Assembly: GCA_964586895.1 (NCBI GenBank)
Contig: CAZPJO010000001.1
Coordinates: forward strand, 255-37,369
Length of the DNA stretch: 37,115 nt
Source of the DNA: an uncultured Roseicyclus sp.
GTDB taxonomy: Bacteria; Pseudomonadota; Alphaproteobacteria; Rhodobacterales; Rhodobacteraceae
Reading direction: 5' to 3'
The translations under genes and the position numbers were made by a program. This document shows, in pieces, positions 26,761 through 34,759 of this stretch. The stretch's first letter is position 1; every line of letters begins with the position of its first letter. Below the pieces are notes generated by a model. It was not told where the DNA came from and did no database searches. It saw only the letters and a program-made list of their open reading frames with translations.

Positions 26761-28092
26761 ATGCAAAACCCCGACGCCATCGACCTCTTGCGGGCACAAT
26801 TACGCGGCATCACCAGATCTCGCGCGGTGGGAGAGGTCATTGCTCTTGGTCGGTCCAGCGTAAGCGTGACAGGGCTAACGCGGGTCGCAGCTCTTGGCGA
26901 TCGGGTGCGCTTTCACACTGAGTTAACTGGTGAGATTCTTGCCATGGAGGATGGTGTTGCGCGGATCATGCCCGAGGGCCCGACCGATGGCCTGCGCCTG
27001 GGCGCAAGTGTCTCGCACATCGGTCCACAGGTGATCGCGCCCGATATCAGTTGGCTTGGACGCGTCATCGACCCCGATGGCGCACCGCTTGATGGGCGCG
27101 CTTTGTATCAAGGTGTGCGCGCATATCCACTGCTCGCTCCGCCGCCCTCACCGACAAGCCGTCGGGGCCTTGGCCAACGGTTGGAGACCGGTCATGCGGT
27201 GTTCGACACGCTTCTGCCCATCGTCGAAGGGCAGCGTGTCGGATTGTTCGCCGGATCCGGTGTCGGGAAATCGCGGTTGATCGCGGCTTTGGCACAGCAG
27301 ATGCAGACCGATGTTGTCGTGATTGGGCTCATCGGCGAACGCGGCCGTGAGGTGCGTGATTTCGTGGCCGACACACTCGGGCCGGAAGGCCTCAAGCGTG
27401 CCGTTGTGGTCGCCGCAACCTCTGATCGCCCTGCGCCAACGCGGGCGCGAGCCGCCTACACAATGATGGCCGTCGCGGAGTTTTTTCGGGATCGGGGCCA
27501 AAGGGTTCTTCTTTTGGCCGATTCGATCACACGTTTCGCCGAAGCGCAGCGCGATGTCGCCGCAGCGGCGGGAGAACCGTTTGGCCCATCCGGTTTCCCC
27601 GCCTCAATGGCACAGTCGGTTATGAGCCTGGCCGAACGCGCCGGTCCTGGCGTAGGCGATCAGGGTGATATCACAGCGATCTTTTCGGTTCTGGTTGCGG
27701 GGTCAGACATGGAAGGCCCCGTCGCCGACGTCACGCGCGGCGTTCTGGATGGCCACGTGGTTTTGTCCCGCAACATTGCTGAACGCGGGCGCTTTCCCGC
27801 AATCGACGTTTTGCGTTCAGTGAGTCGGTCCTTGCCGGGTGCGGCAGATGAGGCGGAAAACGCGTTGATCCGTGAAGCACGACGTTTGCTATCAGCCTAT
27901 GACAAGGCAGAGATGATGGTACAGGCAGGTTTGTATACCCCCGGTGCGGACCCGGTAACCGATGCAGCCGTTAAGGTGTGGTCTAAGCTCGACGGCTTCG
28001 TCGCGAAATACTCAGAAGGTGGCGCGTCAGAAAGCTTCGAAAGCCTCAAGAAAATCCTGTCGCGTGCGGGTCCCGCTTCAAAAGCGCCATAG
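26761..28092 (+). CDS. fliI: flagellar export ATPase FliI
   Basis: Walker A GSGVGKS, LIGERGREV, DSITRFA, DGH.VL.R.IAERGRFPAID. Confidence 0.96.
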   Translation: MQNPDAIDLLRAQLRGITRSRAVGEVIALGRSSVSVTGLTRVAALGDRVRFHTELTGEILAMEDGVARIMPEGPTDGLRLGASVSHIGPQVIAPDISWLGRVIDPDGAPLDGRALYQGVRAYPLLAPPPSPTSRRGLGQRLETGHAVFDTLLPIVEGQRVGLFAGSGVGKSRLIAALAQQMQTDVVVIGLIGERGREVRDFVADTLGPEGLKRAVVVAATSDRPAPTRARAAYTMMAVAEFFRDRGQRVLLLADSITRFAEAQRDVAAAAGEPFGPSGFPASMAQSVMSLAERAGPGVGDQGDITAIFSVLVAGSDMEGPVADVTRGVLDGHVVLSRNIAERGRFPAIDVLRSVSRSLPGAADEAENALIREARRLLSAYDKAEMMVQAGLYTPGADPVTDAAVKVWSKLDGFVAKYSEGGASESFESLKKILSRAGPASKAP

Positions 28093-28114
28093 GTTGAAAC
28101 GAACCAGGTCCGCC

Positions 28115-28912
28115 TCAAACGAGGTTCTGAAGCAGCGTAATTGCCGTCGCCCCTGGGGTAGATGCCGATATGCCGGCGTTCACTTGGGCGCGAACGGTAA
28201 AGGCCTTGAGAAGTTCATCCAATGCCTCCGGATCGGAAAGTTGCGCAAATTCCGATGAACCCAGCGTTCTTTGAGCCCCCTGCTGAAACGCCTCAACCTG
28301 TCTGTCGAGATCAACTGTCGCGATCGCAGACGGCAAACCAAACGCGGTCTCAAAAACTTGGCGCAACGGCGGGTTTCCCAATACTGTGAGCCAGGCAGTC
28401 GTATCGCTTCCTCCTGCTGCAACAATGTCAGGCACTTCACGTGAGGCCGAAAGCGCAAGCCTCATATCGCTGTCGACTTCGCCAACTGCTACTTCGAAAG
28501 ATTGGCGATCGAACCGCGCCAACACTCGATCCGCGAACGTCGGGCTTTGCGTGCTTGGCGGCAACGTGCCACCGAAGCCGAAAGCCTCAGAAAAGACGCG
28601 GTAACGTTTGTCTGCCAATCGGTTGGACAAGGCTTCAGGCTCGTCAACGCCGTCTGACAAAACCTTCTCGATGAAAGCGCGGTTGGGCAGGTCATCCTGT
28701 AGGCCATAGGCGCCCAAAGCCACCCGAAGCAGCCGGTAGTCGGAAACCAGATCCTCCGGTGATCTAACCTTTCCAATGTTCTCTGCAAAGTATTCACGAT
28801 CGCGGTCTTGAACCGGCGCATTCGCAAATTGAGATTGTTGGCTTTCAAGGTTCGATTCCAAGAACCGCCAACCGGCATAGCCACCGAATGGAAGAACCGG
28901 TTGGAAGATCAT
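28115..28912 (-). CDS. DUF1217 domain flagellar-cluster protein
   Basis: YF...IG.V....DLV.DYRLL.VAL.AYGL, FI.KVL..G, F..AFGLP; last gene after flbT. Confidence 0.8.
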   Translation of the reverse strand: MIFQPVLPFGGYAGWRFLESNLESQQSQFANAPVQDRDREYFAENIGKVRSPEDLVSDYRLLRVALGAYGLQDDLPNRAFIEKVLSDGVDEPEALSNRLADKRYRVFSEAFGFGGTLPPSTQSPTFADRVLARFDRQSFEVAVGEVDSDMRLALSASREVPDIVAAGGSDTTAWLTVLGNPPLRQVFETAFGLPSAIATVDLDRQVEAFQQGAQRTLGSSEFAQLSDPEALDELLKAFTVRAQVNAGISASTPGATAITLLQNLV

Positions 28913-29313
28913 GATTTGCCCGCAGCAAGAAGCCGTTCTTCGCGCGCGAGCAAGCCACGCAACGATTTAAGCGTTTGGTAAACCTGTCCCTCGACCAGAT
29001 GTTGCGTCGCACGTGATAGCAGTGCGCGACTGTCCGTATCTGTAAACACCTGGCTCAACTGCTCCATTCCTCGTAACAATTGTGCCTTTGCATCCTCAAC
29101 ATCCGCGTCACCGGACAACACAAGTTGGGCAATGTAGCATACCCTGCGCACTGGCGTGTTGGCCTCTTCCGGATGGATGGCATCTCGCAGTCGCAAGATT
29201 TTTGCGCCTGGTGTGACAATTGAAAGACGTGTTCGCCGATCCCCGTTTTCGATGACGGCACCATTGACGAGTACCCGTTCCTTCGGTCCGAGTTTGAGGA
29301 CAAGACCACTCAT
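28909..29313 (-). CDS. flbT: flagellin post-transcriptional regulator FlbT
   Basis: L.LKL.P.ER..VNGAVIENGDR, A.TP.RR..Y..Q, Y..LK.LR.L...E..LL. Confidence 0.94.
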   Translation of the reverse strand: MSGLVLKLGPKERVLVNGAVIENGDRRTRLSIVTPGAKILRLRDAIHPEEANTPVRRVCYIAQLVLSGDADVEDAKAQLLRGMEQLSQVFTDTDSRALLSRATQHLVEGQVYQTLKSLRGLLAREERLLAAGKS

Positions 29314-29684
29314 GTGGACACCTCCTGACCACTGAGGCCACGCATTACGGACGTGTTGATTTCGACAAGCGCCTCCAAAGCAGCTGCATCTTGAAGAGCC
29401 TTGCGCGACTGAAGGAGGGAAAACTCCGCGAGATAGAAGAGCTGCGCGCGTAAACCCTGCGGAAGAGCATTTCCGTCGTCGGCAAGATCGGAAGCCAGAA
29501 TGGTCCATAAACGCCGATTGTCATGAAGAGCTTCCGCCCGTTCGGTCATCGCTGCGTCCGGACGCATGGCATTGTTCAGTTTCGTCGTTACGGTTTGAAA
29601 AGCCGCATATTCATTGCCGCGTTCCGTGCGCACTGGCGCGGCCGAGGCGGCGTAGGCGGATTGGGCGAGCGAGGTGGAAATCAC
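29310..29684 (-). CDS. flaF: flagellin regulator/chaperone FlaF
   Basis: AY, R..EY..F, ALHDNRRLW......L....N.LP..LRA.L, L..IN...MRGL. GTG start with RBS AAGGAG. Confidence 0.93.
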   Translation of the reverse strand: MISTSLAQSAYAASAAPVRTERGNEYAAFQTVTTKLNNAMRPDAAMTERAEALHDNRRLWTILASDLADDGNALPQGLRAQLFYLAEFSLLQSRKALQDAAALEALVEINTSVMRGLSGQEVST

Positions 29685-29766
29685 AGGACAAGCTCCTTAA
29701 GGCGTGTCGGTGCGGCGCTGGGGGTCGTCGAAAAGGCGGCCGCAGATGGGAGTCGCATGGAAATGA

Positions 29767-29798
29767 TGACCGAGGCGCGTTCAAACGCGCCCCGGTCA
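29767..29798 (-). terminator. strong stem-loop directly after the flagellin stop
   Basis: RNA UGACCGGGGCGCGU-UUGA-ACGCGCCUCGGUCA: 14-bp stem with one G.U pair, followed by only a weak U-tract (UCAUUUCC). Confidence 0.65.
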
Positions 29799-29806
29799 GG
29801 ATGTGA

Positions 29807-31375
29807 TTACCTGAACAGCGACAGGATGCTCTGGGGAGCCTGGTTCGCGATCGACAAAGACTGTGTTGCCAACTGCTGCTGGACCTGGAGGGCCTGCAAC
29901 CGCGCTGATGCCGCTTCCATATCGGCGTCTACAAGGGTGCCGATCCCGGATTTCAACGAATCGACCAGACTGCCGATGAATTCCGACTGGGTCTCGATCC
30001 GCCCCTGGGCCGAGCCGAATTGCGCCGCCGCGTCGATCGAATTCTGAATCAGCGTTTCGACATTGTCGAGCGCTGCATCAGCGCCGTCGTTGGTCGTCAC
30101 GTCGATTGCGTCCAGACCAAACAGCCCGCCGGACGCCTCACCGCCATCTGCGGCAGCCGTCGCGAAGGCAAGGCTTGCAGCCGAATCGTTGTCCACCTTG
30201 AGGCTTACTTCACCTGTAGTGTCATCGATAGCGACCTGGGTCGATACGCCTTCAATTCCCGCAGAGTCGATCGCGGTCTTCAAGCCGCGCGCCACGTCTT
30301 CCATCGTCTCACCGGATCCGGCGGTGTAGAAATAGGCCGTGCCACCGATCGAAGCCTGGTACGAATTGCCTTCACGCGGTGCGGCACCGGTCGAGAAGAA
30401 GACTTCTTCCGCACGCTGATCGATTGTGCCGCTCTCGGTCGCCGTACCCACAACGGGATCGCCATTGATGGCGCTGATGTAGGAGTTGCCACCGCCTCCG
30501 GCAGTGTTGTCGGCCATGGAGATATCGAGGCTTTCAAATGCCCGGGTCGAAGTGACCACAATCTCGTCAGTGCCGTTCGAGGCAAAGCTCACATCATCGA
30601 GATCCAAAGCCTGCAGGCGACCCAGAAGATCGTCACGTGCAACCGTATTCGTCGTATCATCGGCGCTCGACGTGAAGGTCACCGTTTGGTTGCCCACGGT
30701 GATGGAGGTCGATTCCGTGTCGTCCCAACCGGTCGCGCCAGCAAACGAGATCGTCGCAGTCGCACCGGCATTGGTCAGAGTCGATCCTGCGAAGGCCACA
30801 CCGCCACCGGTCTCGCCCACAATCTGAGAAGAAAGATCGTTACCAGTGCCAACACCGTTCGTACCGGAACCGGTCCCGAGATCCTGACGATTCACAGTGA
30901 TGTTCGTTGCGCTGACGTTGCCGGATCCGGACCGATCAAGCGATGCGAGAATATTCACATCCTCGGTGCCTTGGACAAGATTCAGGCCGTTGAACTGTGC
31001 CGCGCCGACCACCGCGCCAATCTGCTCGCGCAGCGCGGAAATGTCAGTCTGGATCTTCTCGCGATCCACGTTCTCTTCCTGCGCGGCAACGATCTTGCCC
31101 TTGATGTCGGTCAGAAGGTCCGTAACCGTTTCAGAAGCGTTCCGCGCAACAGCAACCGTGGATTCCCCGAGGCTCAAGCTCTCTTGGATCCCCTTGAAGC
31201 CTTTGACGTCGGATTCCATGACTTTCGAAATTGCCCAAACAGCGGAATTGTCTTTGGCAGAGGCAACCGACTTACCCGTCGAAATCTCGGACGTGGTCTG
31301 TTGCAGGTTCGAGTTGACGGATTTCAGGGTTTGCAGCGCGACCATGGCGCTGTTGTTCGTCAGAATGCTGGACAT
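29807..31375 (-). CDS. fliC: flagellin
   Basis: SILTN.SAM.AL..L...ISTG..V..AKDN.A.W, A.FNG.NL, LVDADME.ASARL.ALQ.QQQL..Q.LSIAN..PQ.ILSLFR. Confidence 0.97.
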   Translation of the reverse strand: MSSILTNNSAMVALQTLKSVNSNLQQTTSEISTGKSVASAKDNSAVWAISKVMESDVKGFKGIQESLSLGESTVAVARNASETVTDLLTDIKGKIVAAQEENVDREKIQTDISALREQIGAVVGAAQFNGLNLVQGTEDVNILASLDRSGSGNVSATNITVNRQDLGTGSGTNGVGTGNDLSSQIVGETGGGVAFAGSTLTNAGATATISFAGATGWDDTESTSITVGNQTVTFTSSADDTTNTVARDDLLGRLQALDLDDVSFASNGTDEIVVTSTRAFESLDISMADNTAGGGGNSYISAINGDPVVGTATESGTIDQRAEEVFFSTGAAPREGNSYQASIGGTAYFYTAGSGETMEDVARGLKTAIDSAGIEGVSTQVAIDDTTGEVSLKVDNDSAASLAFATAAADGGEASGGLFGLDAIDVTTNDGADAALDNVETLIQNSIDAAAQFGSAQGRIETQSEFIGSLVDSLKSGIGTLVDADMEAASARLQALQVQQQLATQSLSIANQAPQSILSLFR

Positions 31376-31539
31376 GGTGTCCCTTTCCTATTTGTTCCTC
31401 GGCGTGGTTTTCCACGTCGGATTACAGGCGACGCCTCAGTTCCGGGCGCCCAGTGAGCCGTCATTCTGACGAGTGCGGGCCGGGGTGTGTCGGCCTACGC
31501 CACCGCTTAAGGTGCGGGAAATGTGTGCATCGAAATAGA

Positions 31540-31554
31540 TGAACAGAGACCTAA
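31540..31554 (-). promoter_or_regulatory. degenerate CtrA-like box upstream of flagellin
   Basis: Minus strand reads TTAG-GTCTCTG-TTCA (2 mismatches to TTAA-N7-TTAA). Confidence 0.4.
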
Positions 31555-31597
31555 TGCGCACGTCTTCAATACCTTGGATTTGAAGCAAAACATTGGT

Positions 31598-31942
31598 TTA
31601 TCGCCGCCCCAGGAGCCGGGAGGCCCCGGGTGTTGTCATGTGGCTCTGGCCCTGTGCGTCATAGGTGCTCAAGCCGCCTGGAATGCGCGTTGCGATCTGC
31701 GCACGCGCGGTTGCGATGCCATTCTGTGCAGCTTTCAACAGGGTCGCGTTGCGCTGCGCCACGGCTTGCACGCGTGCCAGATCATTTGGCGCGGCTCGAT
31801 CCGTTTGCAGCCGATGCAGGGCACGCTCTAGCGGGGCCACGATCTGCCCGAGCGCGGACAAATCCCCGTTCAAAAGTGCCGTTTTCTGAGCCTGCAAAAG
31901 CTCATCCACTACGTCGATCGCCTTCTTGCGCTGCCCTATCAT
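31598..31942 (-). CDS. flgN: FlgN-like export chaperone
   Basis: LL......LL.GDL..L, RN..LL.AA..G, L.TYD..G; follows flgJ. Confidence 0.7.
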   Translation of the reverse strand: MIGQRKKAIDVVDELLQAQKTALLNGDLSALGQIVAPLERALHRLQTDRAAPNDLARVQAVAQRNATLLKAAQNGIATARAQIATRIPGGLSTYDAQGQSHMTTPGASRLLGRR

Positions 31943-32235
31943 TGCTCCGCCTCCGCTTGTCGTAAAAGCGACTGAAAAATCGATTCGGCCAGCCCAATGC
32001 CACCTTGCGCAGCCAGCGCATTGGCATGCTCGCCACGGAGCAACGACGTCATCTGCTCTTCTCCTATACCGCCTCCGAAACTCTCCCGGCTTTCCCCAAA
32101 ACCCGCATGTTTCAGCATTTCAGCAAGAAATGCAGCTTCCAGATCCTGAGCAACTTCGCGCAGGGCGTCGTGGTTGGTGGGAGCGCGCAACGCCCCGGGG
32201 GAACCGGTCGCGCCTGTAATGATGTCCGTCGGCAT
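31939..32235 (-). CDS. flgJ: rod-binding protein FlgJ (no muramidase domain)
   Basis: L..VAQ.LEA.FL.EMLK, FGGG.GE....S.L..E.A..LA..GGIGLA..I...L. Confidence 0.88.
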   Translation of the reverse strand: MPTDIITGATGSPGALRAPTNHDALREVAQDLEAAFLAEMLKHAGFGESRESFGGGIGEEQMTSLLRGEHANALAAQGGIGLAESIFQSLLRQAEAEQ

Positions 32236-32283
32236 GGGTTTCTCTCACATTCGAAGGATTTTCCCGGAGCGTGACAGAGGGGC

Positions 32284-32298
32284 GTAAAGAAATCGTAA
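32284..32298. promoter_or_regulatory. degenerate CtrA-like box in the divergent flgJ/fliK promoter
   Basis: GTAA-AGAAATC-GTAA (minus strand TTAC-N7-TTAC). Confidence 0.45.
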
Positions 32299-32347
32299 GG
32301 GTTCACGCGCTAGCAATGGGCCAACCGAAATCAGGCGGACACCCAGA

Positions 32348-34078
32348 ATGGATGATCTGTTTCAGGGCCTACTCTCAACGGGCCGTGGCCATGTGAAAAC
32401 GCAGCGCACAGCGGAGGGGGACGTTGATCCAACCCTGCCGCCATTCGGTGCCGTGTTCGACGAAGATGCCAATGTTGTCGGCACAAGCGGAGCTATTCCC
32501 GTGCCGCCCCTCGATTCTGCTCCGGTTGCGCTCGTGGATCGGCTCGGAACCTCGGCCCATGCGTTGATGGGCTTTGCGCAGACCACCCCGGACGCCCCCC
32601 AACCAGGCGGGGCAGTTTCCGTGCTTGGTCGAGCCAATGCTGGGGATACGTCGTCCCCCGCCGCTCCTTTTTCCGACCTCTTGGCACGACAAGATGCCCC
32701 AAAAGGTCAAAGCCTTGTGCCCGCTATGCAGCCCACGGGGCTCTCCCATCCAACGCAACCGGTGCCGGATCAAGCTCCCGCACCCGCCAACGCTTTGCAA
32801 AACGGGGCCGCTCTTCTGTCGGCGGGTCACGCTGTATCGGTCGGTGCAGAGGCAAACCCCCGCATCCAAGGCGTCACAACCAGCGTTTTGCCCGCTTCGA
32901 TAGTTACCGAAGACACAGGAGCGCACGCTCGCATCCAATCGGGGACTGCGGATCGCATGGTTGCATCCTCTCCGCTTCCGACCCCGGAAATGCCTGAATC
33001 TGAACCGAAGGACCGGGCCATTCGTGCCGAGTCCGACGCACTCAAGTCGGCACCAATTTCCCCAACGGGCCTATCGTCGGACCGCGCAGAAACGCCCGGC
33101 ATACGGCAAGGAGCCTTCGCGGCCCAACATACTGCAGACATGACCCCAAGGCCTCAAAACCCTGCGCAAGCGACCAATGTCGCCACACCTGTTGTGACTG
33201 CGCCCACGATGGCCAAATCTGACGTCGCTCCCGTGGACGTCCCTGCCGTGGCGCGCTCTTCCCCTGGAGGGACGCAGGCACCAACGCCAATTTTGCAGGT
33301 CGCGGCGGCCAACTCCGCGCAGAAGGGCGGGAATGGACCAATCCAGCCCCCTGCTACAGCCCCGGAAGAGGCAAGCCCACCGGCCGCCGACAATGCGACC
33401 GACAGGGCAAATCGCACGGAGCGCTTCGCCATCGACCCTGCACCGCAGCGCATGGATCGTCCTACGGCAGCGCCACCCATCGGACCAGCCGTCGCTTTCG
33501 CCGCACAGGCCGTTACCGGCGCAACGAATGCCCCAGGCACGCCGGCCAGCCATGTCGATTTTGAAGCGGGAGGCGAGTTCTTCGGCACCTTGCAATCCGC
33601 GGCACACACGCCCTCTGCAGCCCTTTCGGCCACCGCGGCTGCACCCTTCCATGCGCCGGCCAATGCGCCCACTCTTATGGCCCAACAAATTGCGGCCGCG
33701 CTTCAGGACCGTTCCACTGACCCCGGTCAACCGCTTGAATTGGCCCTCGATCCGCCGGAACTGGGCCGCGTTCGCATGCACATGGCCGAGCTTGCCGGCG
33801 TTCTTACCCTCACAATCCACGCAGAACGGCCCGAGACCGCGGAACTGATGCGGCGTCACCTTGATCTGCTTGCTCAGGAATTCGCCGAAGCGGGGGTAGA
33901 TGCCCCCTCTGTCCGCATCTCCCAAGACGGCGCTGGCGCGCAATCCGAAGAACACGGCCAATCCGAACGCGGGGAGGCTGCCCATGACCGGTCATCGGAC
34001 GCGCCAAACGATGGGCCATCCCTTGCCTCACAAATGCGCACTGCCCATGCCGCAGGTGCGCTTGATCTTCGACTATAG
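32348..34078 (+). CDS. fliK: hook-length control protein FliK
   Basis: Long Pro/Ala/Thr-rich N-terminus; C-terminal LEL.LDPPELGRV......I.AERPET..LMRRH...L...F and LDLRL. Confidence 0.9.
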   Translation: MDDLFQGLLSTGRGHVKTQRTAEGDVDPTLPPFGAVFDEDANVVGTSGAIPVPPLDSAPVALVDRLGTSAHALMGFAQTTPDAPQPGGAVSVLGRANAGDTSSPAAPFSDLLARQDAPKGQSLVPAMQPTGLSHPTQPVPDQAPAPANALQNGAALLSAGHAVSVGAEANPRIQGVTTSVLPASIVTEDTGAHARIQSGTADRMVASSPLPTPEMPESEPKDRAIRAESDALKSAPISPTGLSSDRAETPGIRQGAFAAQHTADMTPRPQNPAQATNVATPVVTAPTMAKSDVAPVDVPAVARSSPGGTQAPTPILQVAAANSAQKGGNGPIQPPATAPEEASPPAADNATDRANRTERFAIDPAPQRMDRPTAAPPIGPAVAFAAQAVTGATNAPGTPASHVDFEAGGEFFGTLQSAAHTPSAALSATAAAPFHAPANAPTLMAQQIAAALQDRSTDPGQPLELALDPPELGRVRMHMAELAGVLTLTIHAERPETAELMRRHLDLLAQEFAEAGVDAPSVRISQDGAGAQSEEHGQSERGEAAHDRSSDAPNDGPSLASQMRTAHAAGALDLRL

Positions 34079-34087
34079 GAACACGCC

Positions 34088-34759
34088 ATGGATATTCTTT
34101 CTGCCCTTCCCAACTCTGCTGCGGCGGCTGCAAATGCCTCTGCGGACACGTCAGACACGGCCTCCGCGATCACGTCGGATTTCGACATGTTCCTGCAATT
34201 GCTGACCACGCAAATGCGCAATCAGGACCCGTTGAACCCCGCCGATTCCACCGAATACACGGCGCAACTTGCGACCTTCTCGGGCGTCGAACAGCAGGTT
34301 CAGACCAACGATCTTCTGCGCGAATTGCAAGGCGCGTTCACCGCAATGAACATGGGGCAATTGTCGGGCTGGATCGGGATGGAAGCGCGGGCCGAGATGC
34401 CGGTCAATTTCACCGGACAACCCACAAGCGTCCAGATTTCGCCCTCTCCTCTGGCCGACCGGGCCGAACTTATCGTGCGCGATCAGAACGGCAATGTGGT
34501 CGCCAACACGCCGGCGGTCCTTGGAAGTGAGCCTTTCGAATGGACCGGTCTCGACAATTCCGGCCAGCCCTTGCCACCCGGAACCTATACCCTGTCGGCG
34601 CAAAGTTGGCGCGATCAGGACATGCTCGAAGAAACCAACGCCTTCGTCTTCGATGAAATCACCGAGGCGCAGACCCTCAACGGCGAGGTCTGGGTGACAA
34701 TGGAAAACGGCGTCAGCATTCCATCCGAAGCGGTCCAGGGCCTGCGCCGGTCCGGCTGA
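34088..34759 (+). CDS. flgD: hook-capping protein FlgD
   Basis: FLQLLTTQMRNQDPLNP.DSTEY.AQLATFS.VEQ, F.W.G.D..G..LP.G.Y. Confidence 0.96.
   Translation: MDILSALPNSAAAAANASADTSDTASAITSDFDMFLQLLTTQMRNQDPLNPADSTEYTAQLATFSGVEQQVQTNDLLRELQGAFTAMNMGQLSGWIGMEARAEMPVNFTGQPTSVQISPSPLADRAELIVRDQNGNVVANTPAVLGSEPFEWTGLDNSGQPLPPGTYTLSAQSWRDQDMLEETNAFVFDEITEAQTLNGEVWVTMENGVSIPSEAVQGLRRSG

Noticed and set aside
30020-31456. 478-aa plus-strand ORF antisense to flagellin
   Set aside because: Arg-rich shadow frame with no domain features.
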